DNA of 64,000 nucleotides from positions 403,868,001-403,932,000 of the forward strand of contig OZ024741.1 in assembly GCA_964016885.1 (NCBI GenBank). Reading direction: 5' to 3'. The stretch is from Eledone cirrhosa. Taxonomy: Eukaryota. The notes under the pieces are model-generated. The model did not search any database and was not told where the DNA came from. It saw only the letters and a program-made list of their open reading frames with translations. The position numbers and the translations under genes were made by a program. Shown here one piece after another: positions 25,207 through 38,900 of this stretch (positions within the stretch are counted from its first letter, which is position 1; each line of letters starts with the position of its first letter).

Positions 25207-26256
25207 TTTTCAAGTCCCAATTATAAATCTTGATTTCTCTTTATTAATTTGTTATTTGTTTTCTGCCCTCTTCACTGTATCATCTTATATTTATTTTTAA
25301 GTTGAGATTGATTATTACACAAACACATTTTGTTTGATTATCTTATTTTAACATCTTGTCCCTCATACCAATCTATCCAACATATTTCTGACCTTGAGAT
25401 TGGTTATAGCACACACACACTTTATCCTACTTTATTTGAATCTTCATTTTATTTTTCACTTCTCCATATTCATTTTCATTACTTTTTCACAAATTTTTCA
25501 TTTATTCTTTATTCTTTATTCTCTATTTATTATTTATTTTCAAATTATACAAATTATATTATTTATTTTCTCTTTTCTCCATTTATTGCCTTATATTTCT
25601 TCATATACATGGAAGACCCCCCCCCCCCCACCACCACCACTATGAGAGATGGTGGCAGGAGGGATGAAGAAAAATCAACACACACAGATACTTCTAAATT
25701 GTCAACAGAAGCAAGACATAAGCAGACCACAACACCAACAACACTACCAAAATAATGGTAGAGGTCAAATGTACTTAACAAACACAAACACTACAGGGAG
25801 CCTCACCCCAGAAAGAATTATATAGACTTCTGACTGAGGAATGCTCTCAGAACTGACCAATTGGAAGTTTAACACTTCTTTTGTTATTTTGTTCCTTTAA
25901 CACCTTGTCCCTTCTACCACTTTATCAATTTTTTAAGCTAACTCCAACAATAACAACACTTAGAATGAGGAATGTTCTAACAACTGACCAATGAGAGGAG
26001 AATAGGACCTTTGACACTGAAATTCGTTTGTTTCAATTCATATGATTCCAGTTCCTCAGTGAAATAACAACCCAACCAGGAACTGGGCATATCAGAGTAT
26101 TGACAATATTATACACCTCAACAACATATGTACTTGTCTATACCATACTAATTCAAACTGCCTGAAGAGGTCACAGCCAAAGATGGCTGTCACTGAAATA
26201 TATATAGCAGTAATAAACGAAGCTAAATTTTAAACATTTGACTTTTTATTTAACTT

Positions 26257-26262
<6 letters not shown>
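25205..26262 (+). mobile_element. Probable solo Penelope pLTR-like segment
   Basis: Non-coding, microsatellite-flanked; duplicated TGAGGAATG.TCT...AACTGACCAAT module (about 25835 and 25966); hammerhead then AATAAA near the 3' end. Boundaries uncertain. Confidence 0.5.
26157..26211 (+). ncRNA. Type I hammerhead ribozyme
   Basis: ACUGC-CUGAAGA-GGUCACAGCCA AAGA UGGCUGUCACU-GAAA-UAUAUA-UA-GCAGU, followed immediately by AAUAAA. Confidence 0.85.
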
Positions 26263-26329
<67 letters not shown>

Positions 26330-26449
26330 TATGTGTGTGTATAAATATAAATATTTCGTATCTCCAAAGAAATACAGTTTTAGGAAGTCATAGCTATGCA
26401 AACACCTTCTAACGCCCTCTGGTGATGTCCAGCAGAACCAAGGGGGACA

Positions 26450-26493
26450 ACCGTCTATGCATTTCAGGCTTAACTGGCCTTCGTCAGGACGGT
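26450..26493 (-). ncRNA. Canonical minimal type I hammerhead ribozyme
   Basis: ACCGUC-CUGACGA-AGGC CAGUUAA GCCU-GAAA-UGCA-UA-GACGGU; all stems Watson-Crick, palindromic stem III. Confidence 0.9.
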
Positions 26494-26571
26494 CCCTCCC
26501 ACACTTGCGACTGCTGGACTAGAAGACAGCTGAGAATATATACTTTTCTCGTCTCTGACGAGAAAAGTATA

Positions 26572-26783
26572 TGTCCTTGAGCAAGACACTTTATTTCACG
26601 TTGCTCCAATCAACTCAGCTGACAAAAAGAAGTTGTACCTGTAGTTCGAAGAGCCAGCCTCGTCACATTCTGTCTTACGCTGAATCTTCCTGAGAACTAC
26701 GTTAAGGGTACGTTAATTTCACGAGCATGCTGTTCCGTTGATCCGATAAACTGTAACACTCGTCGTCGTAACCGACGGAGTGA
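26572..26783 (+). mobile_element. 5'-truncated CORE-type SINE
   Basis: TGTCCTTGAGCAAGACACTTTATTTCACGTTGCTCC, shared with 28831-28949, followed by a different 3' tail. Confidence 0.7.
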
Positions 26784-26798
26784 CGTAGCAAAATATAT

Positions 26799-27024
26799 AT
26801 GTATGCATTGTGTGTGTATGTTTGTGTGTGTGCGTGCGTGTGTGTTGTGTGTGTATCTGTGTGTGTGTGTGTGAGTGTGAGTGTGTGTTCTGTGTGTGTG
26901 TGTGTGAGTGAGTGTGTGTTGTGTGTGTGTGTGTGTGTATCTGTGTATGTGTGTATGTGTGTGTGTGTATCTGTGTGTGTATTTGTGTGTGTGTGTGTGT
27001 GTGTTCTGTGTGTGTGTGTGTGTG

Positions 27025-27058
<34 letters not shown>

Positions 27059-27159
27059 ATCTGCATATGTGTGTATGTGTATGTGTGTATCTGCATGTGT
27101 ATGTGTATGTGTGTGTGTATGTGTGTTCTGTGTGTATCTGTGTGTGTATGTGTGTGTGT
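26799..27159. repeat. Degenerate (TG)n microsatellite
   Basis: Directly visible. Confidence 0.95.
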
Positions 27160-27384
27160 AATTACATCCACTACTGCAATGCTGTAGTAGAGTCTACAAC
27201 CCGGCCCACTTTATACGACTTTCCTGGCATTTGACCAGATAAGTCAATGAGGTTTTATGCGGGCAGATATGGAAGTATCTCTGCTCAATACAAAAATGAC
27301 AAAACTGTTTTAGGAGAATACCATTCATTGCTGATCATATTTTGCTGATAGTATTTTTATTGTTTTGAGGAAGTGCTTATGTCG

Positions 27385-28113
27385 GCACATGCCTGCACAT
27401 GCCTGCACATGCCCGCACATGCCTGCACATGCCAGCACATGCCTGCACATGCCTGCACATACATGCACATGCCCGCACATGCCTGCACATGGCTGCACAT
27501 TCCCGCACATGCCTGCACATGCCCGCACATGCCTGTCCATGCCCGCACATGCCTGCACATGCCTGCACATGCCCGCATATGCCTGTACATGCCCGCACAT
27601 GCCTTCACATGTCTGAACATACCTGTACATGCCCGCACATGCCTGCACACGCCCGCACATGTCTGCACATGTCTGCACATACACGCACATGTATGCACAT
27701 GCCCGCGAATGTTTGCATATCCCCGCACATGCCCGCACTTTCCCGCACACGCACACATGTCTGTGCATGTCCGCACATGCCCGCATATGCCTGCCCATGC
27801 CCGCACATGCCTGCACATGCCTGAATACGCCTGCACATGCCTGCATATGCCAGCACATGCCCGCACATGCCTGCGCATGCCCACACATGCCTGCACATGA
27901 ATGCACATCCCCGCACATGTCTGCACATGCCTGTACATGCCCGCACAGGCCTGCACATGTCTGCACATGCCTGTACATGCCCGCACATGCCTGCACACGC
28001 CCGCACATGTCTGCACAGCCCTGCACATATCCGCACATGCCTGCATATGTCCGCACATGGCCGCATGTGCATGCACATGCCCGCACATGCCGACACATGC
28101 CCGCACATGCCTG
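27385..28113. repeat. 10-bp minisatellite (GCACATGCCY)n, about 70 units
   Basis: GCACATGCCT/GCACATGCCC alternate with point variants; one phase slip near 27752. Confidence 0.95.
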
Positions 28114-28325
28114 CCAACGTGTGTTGTTTGAGTTGGTTTGCAGTGTTGTGTCCGGCTCTTTACATCCTCACTTATACCCCCTCCCCCACACTTCCGGCAT
28201 TAATTAAATACCAGTCACGTATGGAGGAATTTTAATCGGTAATTTCCCCCTCCTTTTCCCGCCCAAATCTCTAAATCTCTGCTTTTTTCAGACATGATAA
28301 CAGCAACAACAACAATAATAATAAT

Positions 28326-28536
28326 GGTTTCTTATAGAGGCACAAGGCCAGCAATTTTGAGGGAGGGAAAAGTCATTTAAATCGACCCCAGTGCATTACT
28401 GGTACTTTATTTTATCGACCCCGTAAGGATGAAAAGCAAAGTTAACCTCGGCAGGATTTGAACTCAGGACATAAAGGGACGTAACTCTATGCGTCAAAGC
28501 ATGGCGTCCGACCGCTACCGATACTGCCAATCAACC
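28326..28536 (-). mobile_element. tRNA-derived SINE
   Basis: Reverse complement of the 979-1166 family with a longer 3' part; (AAT/AAC)n tail. Confidence 0.9.
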
Positions 28537-28830
28537 ACAGTTTTCCTAATAGAGGAGAAACTTCAGATGGTGTGATTGAGGAACCCCAGAAGAGGGTTGT
28601 TGTTGTGAGGGAGGTGTATGGCAGAATTGGTAGAGCAAGGGTGAAGAAAATAAAGTGCCAGTAATGTACTGAGGTCCGTATAATCGACCTTTCCCTTCCT
28701 CACCGAAATTGTTGAACTTGCGCGTAAAAAAAGGATCGATCGACTTTCGGTAAATTGGGCCGAAGAAACAATGTTTCCATTGGTCTTTCCAGTTGCCAAT
28801 ATTATCTATCGGTCGCAACTCCAGGTAGAA

Positions 28831-28949
28831 GGAGCAACGTGAAATAAAGTGTCTTGCTCAAGGACATAACGTATCGCCCGGTCCAGGAATCGAACTCACA
28901 ACCTCAAGATTGTGAATCCAATTCTCTAACCACTCAGCCACGCGCCTTC
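28831..28949 (-). mobile_element. tRNA-head + CORE SINE fragment
   Basis: Minus strand GGCGCGTGGCTGAGTGGTTAG (A box)...GAGTTCGATTCC (B box)...TGTCCTTGAGCAAGACACTT. Confidence 0.85.
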
Positions 28950-28973
28950 ACTTGCACGTAAATTAGAACCTAT

Positions 28974-29155
28974 TGGATTGGCAGTATCGGTAGAGGGTCG
29001 GACGCCATGCTTCGCAGCATAGTTACGTCCCTTTACGGTCTGAGTTCAAATCCCGCCGAGGTTAACTTTGCCTTTCATCCTTACGTGGTCGATAAATTAA
29101 AGTACCAGTAATGTACTGAGTGATTGATGGCCTTGTGCCAAATGTGGAAACAATT
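28974..29155 (+). mobile_element. tRNA-derived SINE
   Basis: Same family as 979-1166; A and B boxes intact. Confidence 0.9.
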
Positions 29156-29394
29156 ATAAATTAAAATATACTACTTGACTGATTTTACATTTCATCCTTC
29201 CGTGATCGATGAAATAAGTCCCACTCAAGGACTAAAGATCAATATAATTGACCGTTTCTTTTCATTATTTAAAACATTGTGCACTCATTAAAAAAGATTG
29301 TGTCACGTGACCGATGTTCGGGTTTCGTATTTATACTTGCTGCAACTCTGATGATAAATTCTGTGAATACTTTTCAAGTTTATTAAACTATAGC

Positions 29395-29594
29395 CTGGAG
29401 GCTACTTATCCCGGTTCAGTTGGCGTGAAGCGACTGAGAGTACAAGATTTCTCCATGGACAGGACACCAGTCCATCACAGGATTAACCCCCAGCTATTAC
29501 TGGTACTCATTTTCAGCTGAGTATACTGGAGCAATGTGAAAAGGAAATGTTTTACTCAAGAACACAACATACCACCCAGTCCAGGAATCGAACA
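29395..29594 (-). mobile_element. CORE-type SINE, diverged
   Basis: CCAGGAATCGAAC (B box reverse complement), CTGGTACTCATTTTCAGCTG, GGCGTGAAGCGACTGAGAGTAC; paralog at 29665-29895. Confidence 0.75.
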
Positions 29595-29664
29595 CCCGAA
29601 ATTATCATTTAGTTAGGATATATAAATAAATAAACAATTCCACTATTTTTCTACCAGTGTCTGT

Positions 29665-29895
29665 TTTGAGCCAGGAAGCTCATCAGGCCGTGCTTATCTC
29701 GGTTTATGCGGCGTGAAGTGACTGAGAGTACAATACTCTCCGTTGGACAGGGGACCAGTCCATCACAGTGTCAACCCCCAGATATTGCTGGTACTCATCT
29801 TCAGCTGCGTATACTGGTACAACGTGAAATGAAGTGTTTTGTTCAATAACATAACACGCAGCCCTATCCAGGAATCGAACCACGATGTTATGATA
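29665..29895 (-). mobile_element. CORE-type SINE, diverged
   Basis: Homologous to 29395-29594. Confidence 0.75.
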
Positions 29896-30357
29896 TTGTC
29901 TGGGCATTTAAGTTAAAAATTCAAAACTCAAATATTTTCTACAAGAATATCAGAGAAAATAGCGAAGGAGAGGTGATCCCTTTTGAACCCCACGATGTGT
30001 TATAGGTCCAGCAAGGGAGCATCTACATGGTTGCATGGTTTAGGTGGTAAATCTTTCTCAAATCACATCCCACCTTCTTAAAAAAAAACAAAAAAAAACT
30101 TTCCCAGGTATATTGGATAATGTAGTCCAAGATATACTGTGCCTGAGTGAAATATAGGTTCGTCCCAAATGGAATGACTTCGATCAAAGTTCTTCTCAAT
30201 CAGAGCCGACTTCGTGCTAAGAAAGATCAACAACAACACCAGCAACAGCAGAGATATTGCAAGGATCAAGGAAGAAATTATGGATAACAAGAAGAATTGA
30301 TATGGTCAAGGAAGGAAATAGAAAAGATATTTTTAAGTATTAAATTAACCAAGTAGT

Positions 30358-30425
30358 GAAGGCGCATGGTTTGGTGGCCAGGGTGTTTGGCTCACGTTCA
30401 TAGGGTCGTGAGTTAGATTCCCAGG
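30358..30425 (+). mobile_element. Degenerate SINE tRNA head
   Basis: GAAGGCGCATGGTTTGGTGG...GTGAGTTAGATTCCCAGG, similar to the head of 28831-28949. Confidence 0.55.
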
Positions 30426-31065
30426 TTCTCACATACACACACAGATAATGAAGGTAGGTTTACACTATCATAACGTGTTTGTTATCAAAGTTTCAAATCC
30501 CCTGAATCTTCTTTTGTAGATGTTAATTCATTCAGCTAGAGTAAAAACTGTCATTAAGTTGTTATTATAAGCAACATCTAAGAATGATGAAGAAGCTGAG
30601 AATTTTCGAGAGGATTAACAACTATTTGAATAGTTCTTGATGAAATATATTCCGTATTTCAGTGAAAATATCTTTATCAAAATTACCGAATCACTACACG
30701 CCATTTTAGGCTGTCTTCGGTTAAAGATATATTATATAAGGCTGCGAACTAATCGTTTATGTGAAATCTAGATGAGTGAGATTATTTCTGTTATATTGAC
30801 GTATATCTCAGATATCATACGGTGTGGTAAACCGAAAAACAATTTATATTTCCCTGAAGTTACAGACGAAGGTACGTGCATTGATATTTATCGGTATTGT
30901 TGTTGTGGTTGTTATGTACTCCCCACGTAAGCAGCGATTAAGGAGATTTATAATCAAAGTATTCAAGCGCATTTTAATGTCTTTCTCTATCCAGGATTAT
31001 ATCGTCTTGTATGTCTTTTGTCATCTCATTTATCTGTTTTAAGTACCATTAAATAAATAAATGAA

Positions 31066-31197
31066 TGGATTTTCCAGCGCCTCTCCCTTGCCGTCCTCCG
31101 GGGAAACGCCTTCTGCATTCTGTCCGCCGGGGCTGTGAGGAGGCGACCAATAGGATTGACTGACTTGTCATTTTATCAGTCAGATGTTCTAATGATT
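31066..31197 (+). mobile_element. Very short 3' end of a CRE-like (restriction-like endonuclease) LINE
   Basis: Translates WIFQRLSLAVLRGNAFCIL, matching the FQRLS.A..RGNA terminal motif of RLE LINEs; runs into (TA)n. Confidence 0.7.
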
Positions 31198-31211
31198 ATA
31201 TATATAATATA

Positions 31212-31278
<67 letters not shown>

Positions 31279-31364
31279 ATAATAATAAATTTGAAGACTA
31301 AAATCCAAAGAGGGCTCGATAAGGATGAATATATATCATATATAAGAACCGTAGAGCAAATTTT

Positions 31365-31523
31365 TATTAAAATAACAGATTAAAGTTTAGGCAAAGAATC
31401 GCTGCTTTCACCCTTAACGGGATCTTCTGAAACTAACAAAGTCAAACTTTGTTAGTTTCAGAAGATCCCGTTAAGGGTGAAAGCAACGATTCTTTGCTTA
31501 AACTTTAATCTGTTATTTTAATA
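31365..31523. repeat. Fold-back palindrome, about 78-bp arms, 3-nt loop, hammerhead-like motif in each arm
   Basis: 31365-31442 vs 31446-31523 with two mismatches. Confidence 0.92.
31454..31504 (+). ncRNA. Hammerhead-like motif with CAGAAGA core (mirror copy 31384-31434 on minus)
   Basis: AGUUU-CAGAAGA-U CCC GUUAA GGG U-GAAA-GCAA CGAUUCU UUGC-UU-AAACU. Confidence 0.55.
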
Positions 31524-32912
31524 TATATATATATATATATATACACCAACGTGTATATATATATATATATATATATACGTTGGTGTATATAAGAAAGAAT
31601 GAGTACAGTTTCAATTTGATATATACACACTAAAGTGACACAAATAAAGAGATTGTTAAAAAATACAGAGAAAATGACGTCCAAACGTGTATCCTCTAAC
31701 TCCAACTAATTTACCTTTCGCCTCTGGGCCCCGGCTGACATGAAGGAGAATACATTGTCTTGGAGGATGGTGAGGGAAACGCGGTGGAACAGCCACTCCA
31801 CCTCGCGGGGCTCGTATGAATGTGGTCCGTGGGGAATCAAGAACGCCGGCGGGCTCCATTGCTACAAGCTCTATCATAAACGTACCACATTTCTAGAAAT
31901 GCTGTCCATGTACCAAGAACGCCGAAAGTTTCCACTACTACAGGCTCTAACACAAATATATCATATATATATATATATATATATCACTTTCTTTTTACCC
32001 CCTCTGCCAGTGACGCTCTCAGCTGGCCTCTTCCTCACACTTTCACTCACTCACTCTCTACTACTCCCTCACCCTCACTTCCTCCCGTTTGACCTGAGTG
32101 AAATCCTTTTCTCGCTCACATTTCACCCAGGTCGGATGGTCTTTATCTCTCGTCTACGATTTCACAGAACTTAAGTTCATCGATTTCAGGGATTTGACTC
32201 CTTCTTCCTCACTTTTCGTTGCATTACCATCTTTGTTTGTTTACATGTCTCGCTCGTTTCACCCTATTTTACGTCACCCAACGACTTTCTTTAGCCGTTG
32301 CTCGCACCAACCAGAGGTATATGATCTTTAAAGCGATGAAATACCAATGAAGGCTGGAAGATCACTGATGAGGGACTAATTTTATTCATATGTAGTTGTC
32401 TTGTCCTTACTACACCATATTATTGATGCTAATGATGAAAGTGAGACCGTAAATTTTATGGAAACGTTGGCGATACTTCTGAAAACCTATTCTTTCATAT
32501 TGTACACCACCGCCGCCCTCCCATGAAGTACCCGCCCTACAATCAGTCACGCTCCTTTTCCATCTTAAGTATCACTCCATAACTTTGTAAATTAGTCGTA
32601 AGACAATGCCTGATTTCCACCTCTTCTCCAAACTTACACCATCACTATATATCTCTGCTCAGCATATACCACCTTTACTTTAACAGTGATCTTAAACTAT
32701 GTTACATTTTAGAGAACACTTCCCTTCTCAGGTATCCCATCCCAACCTTATTCCTGACCAGTTGCTACACCTGTCCATTGTTAACACCTACACCAAACAT
32801 CAACATCCACATTATACCCAATAGCCACATATTCATTTACAACACTTGTCCATTCAACACCATCACTACTTTGTACCTAATAGCCACAGGCCTACTAGCC
32901 ATACCTCTCAAT

Positions 32913-35900
32913 TCATCCTCATCACCAGCAACAACACCAACACCAATACCATCACCATCACCAACAACAATACCAACACCAATACCATCACCATCACCAA
33001 CAACAATACCATCACCAATACCATCACCATCACCAACGACAATACCAACACCAATACCATCACCATCACCAACACCATCACCAACACCAACACCAATACC
33101 ATCACCAAGAACAACACCATCACCAACAACAACAACAACAACAACACCAATACCATCACCAAGAATAACACCATCACCAACAACAACAACAACACCAATA
33201 CCATCACCAACACCAATACCGTCACCACCAACAACACCAACACCAATACCATCACCAACAACGACAACAACACCAATACCATCACCACCAACAACAACAA
33301 CAACACCAATACGATCACCAACAACAACAACAACACCAATACCATCACCACCAACAACAACAACAACACCAATACGATCACCATCACCAACACCGATACC
33401 AACATCAACAACCATAGCATCAGCAACACCAACACCAATACCATCAGCAACACCAATACCATCACCAACACCAATACCAATACCATCACCAACACCAATA
33501 CCAATACCAATACCATCACCACACCAATACCATCACCAATACCAACACCAATACCATCACCAACAACAGCACCAACACCAACACCAACACCAATACCATC
33601 ACCACACCAATACCATCACCAATACCAACACCAATACCATCACCAACAACAACACCAACACCAACACCAACACCAATACCATCACCACACCAATACCATC
33701 ACCATCACCAACACCAATACCATAACCAACACCGATACCATCACCATCACCAACACCAATACCATAACCAACACCAACACCAACACCAATACCATCACCA
33801 ATACCAATACAATCACCAACACCAATACCAATACCATCACCAACAACAACACCAACACCTACACCAACACCAATACCATCACCACACCAATACCATCACC
33901 AACACCAACACCAATACCATCACCAACACCGATACCATCACCATTACCAACACTAATACCATAACCAACACCAACACCAACACCAACACCAATACCATCA
34001 CCAACACCAACACCAATACCATCACCAACACCAACACCAATACCAACACCAACACCATCACCAACACCAATACCATCACCAACACCAATACCATCACCAA
34101 CACCAACAACACCAACACTGACACCAATACCATCACCAACACCAATACCATCACGATTACCAACACTAATTCCATAACCAACACCAACACCAACACCAAT
34201 ACCATCACCAACAACAACACCAACACCAACACCAATACCATCACCAACACCAACACCAATACCAACACCAATACCATCACCAACACCAATACCATCACCA
34301 ACACCAACAACACCAACACTGAGACCAATACCATCACCAACACCAATACCATCACCAACACCAATACCATCACCAACACCAAAACCATCACCAACACTAA
34401 CACCAACACCAATACCAACACCAATACCATCACCATCACCAACAACAATACCATCACCAACACCAACACCAACACCAATACCATCACCAACACCAACACC
34501 AATACCATCACCAACACCAATACCATCACCAACACCAACACCAACACCAATACCATCACCACATCAATACCATCACCAATACCAACACCAATACCATCAC
34601 CAACAACATTTCCATCAACAACACCAATACCATCACCACATCAATACCATCACCATCACCAACAACAATACCATCACCAACACCAACACCAACACCAATA
34701 CCATAACCAACACCAACACCAACACCATCACCAACACCAATACCAATACCATTACCAACAACAATACCAACACCAACAGCAATAACATCATCAACACCAA
34801 TACCATCACCATCACCAACACCAACACCAACACCAATACCATCACCAACACCAATACCATCACCATCACCAACACCAACACCAACTCCAATACCATCACC
34901 ATCACCAACACCAACACCAACTCCAATACCATCACCAACACCAACACCAACACCAACACCAATACCATCAACAACAACAATACCATCACCAACACCAACA
35001 CCAATACCATCACCAACACCAACACCAATACCATCACCAACACCAATACCATCACCAACACCAATACCAACACCAACACCAACACCAATACCAATACCAT
35101 CACCAACAACAATACCATCACCAACACCAATGCCAACACCAACAACCATAGCATCACCAACACCAATACCAATACCATCACCAACAACGACACCAACACC
35201 AACACCAATACCATCACCACACCAATACCATCACCAATACCAACACCAATACCATCACCAACACCAATACCATTAACAACACCAATACCAATACCATCAC
35301 CAACACCAACAGCAACACCATCACCAACACCAATACCAACACCAACAACCATAGCATCACCAACACCAACACCAATACCATCACCAACACCAATACCAAT
35401 ACCATCACCAACGACAACAACAACACCAACACCAACACCAATACCATCACCACACCAATACCATCACCAATACCAACACCAATACCATCACCAACACCAA
35501 TACCATCACCAACACCAATACCAATACCATCACCAACAACAACACCAACACCAACACCAATACCATCACCACACCAATACTATCACCAACACCAATACCA
35601 TCACCAACACCATCACCAACACCAATACCATCACCAACACCAATACCATCACCATTACCAACACTAATACCATAACCAACACCAACACCAACACCAACAC
35701 CAATACCATCACCAACACCAACACCAACACCAATACCATCACCAACACCAACACCAATACCATCACCAACACCAATACCATCACCAACACCAACACCAAC
35801 ACCAATACCATCACCACATCAATACCATCACCAATACCAACACCAATACCATCACCAACAACATTTCCATCAACAACACCAATACCATCACCACATCAAT

Positions 35901-38900
35901 ACCATCACCATCACCAACAACAATACCATCACCAACACCAACACCAACACCAATACCATAACCAACACCAACACCAACACCATCACCAACACCAATACCA
36001 ATACCATTACCAACAACAATACCAACACCAACACCAATAACATCATCAACACCAATACCATCACCATCACCAACACCAACACCAACACCAATACCATCAC
36101 CAACACCAATACCATCACCATCACCAACACCAACACCAACTCCAATACCATCACCATCACCAACACCAACACCAACTCCAATACCATCACCAACACCAAC
36201 ACCAACACCAACACCAATACCATCAACAACAACAATACCATCACCAACACCAACACCAATACCATCACCAACACCAACACCAATACCATCACCAACACCA
36301 ATACCATCACCAACACCAATACCAACACCAACACCAATACCAATACCATCACCAACAACAATACCATCACCAACACCAATGCCAACACCAACAACCATAG
36401 CATCACCAACACCAATACCAATACCATCACCAACAACGACACCAACACCAACACCAATGCCATCACCACACCAATACCATCACCAATACCAACACCAATA
36501 CCATCACCAACACCAATACCATTAACAACACCAATACCAATACCATCACCAACACCAACAGCAACACCATCACCAACACCAATACCAACACCAACAACCA
36601 TAGCATCACCAACACCAACACCAATACCATCACCAACACCAATACCAATACCATCACCAACGACAACAACAACACCAACACCAACACCAATACCATCACC
36701 ACACCAATACCATCACCAATACCAACACCAATACCATCACCAACACCAATACCATCACCAACACCAATACCAATACCATCACCAACAACAACACCAACAC
36801 CAACACCAACACCAATACCATCACCACACCAATACTATCACCAACACCAATACCATCACCAACACCATCACCAACACCAATACCATCACCAACACCAATA
36901 CCATCACCATTACCAACACTAATACCATAACCAACACCAACACCAACACCAACACCAATACCATCACCAACACCAACACCAACACCAATACCATCACCAA
37001 CACCAACACCAATACCATCACCAACACCAACACCAATACTAACACCAACACCATCACCAACACCAATACCATCACCAACACCAATACCATCACCAACACC
37101 AATACCATCACCAACACTAACATCAACACCAATACCAATACCAAAACCAATACCATCACCAACACCAACACCTACACTAAAACCAACACCATCACCACAC
37201 CAATTCCATCACCAACACCAACACCAATACCATCACCAACACCAATACCATCACCATTACCAACACTAATACCATAACCAACACCAACACCATCACCAAC
37301 ACCAATACCATCACCAACACCAATACCATCACCAACACCAATACCATCACCAACACTAACACCAACACCATCACCAACACCTATACCATCACCAACACCA
37401 ATACCAACACCAACAACCATAGCATCACCAACACCAATACCAATACCATTACCAACAACAATACCAACACCAACACCAATAACATCATCAACACCAACAC
37501 CAACACCAATACCATCACCAACACCAACACCAATACCATCACCATCACCAACACCAACACCAACACCAATACCATCACCAACACCAATACCATCACCATC
37601 ACCAACACCAACACCAACTCCAATACCATCACCATCACCAACACCAACACCAACTCCAATACCATCACCAACACCAATACCATCACCATCACCAACACCA
37701 ACACCAACTCCAATACCCTCACCATCACAAACACCAACACCAACACCAATACCATCACCAACACCAATACCATCACCATCACCAACACCAACACCAACTC
37801 CAATACCATCACCATCACCAACACCAACACCAACACCAACACCAACACCAACACCAATACCATCAACAACAACAATACCATCACCAACACCAACACCAAT
37901 ACCATCACCAACACCAATACCAACACCAACACCAACACCAATACCAATACCATCACCAACAACAATACCATCACCAACACCAATGCCAACACCAACAACC
38001 ATAGCATCACCAACACCAATACCAATACCATCACCAACAACAACACCAACACCTACACCAACACCAATACCATCACCAACAACGACACCAACACCAACAC
38101 CAATACCATCACCACACCAATACTATCACCAACAACAATACCATCACCAACACCAATACCAATACCATCACCAACACCATCACCAACACCAATACATTCA
38201 CCAACACCAATACCATTACCAACACTAATACCATAACCAACACCAACACCAACACCAACACCAATACCATCACCAACACCAACACCAACACCAATACCAT
38301 CACCAACACCAACACCAATACTAACACCAACACCAACACCATCACCAACACCAATACCATCACCAACACCAATACCATCACCAACACCAATGCCATCACC
38401 AACACCAACACCAACACCAACACCAATACCAAAATCAATACCATCACCAACACCAACACCTACACTAAAACCAACACCATCACCACACCAATACCATCAC
38501 CACCACCAATACCATCACCATTACCAACACTAATACCATCACCAACACCAACACCAATACCAACACCAATACCATCACCAACACCAATACCATCACCAAC
38601 ACCAATACCATCACCAACACCAACAACACCAACACTGACACCAATACCATCACCAACACCAATACCATCACGATTACCAACACTAATTCCATAACCAACA
38701 CCAACACTAACACCAACACCAACACCAACACCAACACCAATACCAACACCAATACCATCACCAACTACAACACCAACACCAACACCAATACCATCACCAA
38801 CACCAATACCATCACCAACACCAACACCAATACCAACACCAATACCATCACCAACACCAATACCATCACCAACACCAACAACACCAACACTGAGACCAAT

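Noticed and set aside
27325-28235. Cys-rich (metallothionein/keratin-like) ORFs, or a CRISPR array
   Set aside because: The 10-bp unit is not codon-phased, many overlapping frames on both strands are open, and there are no unique spacers.
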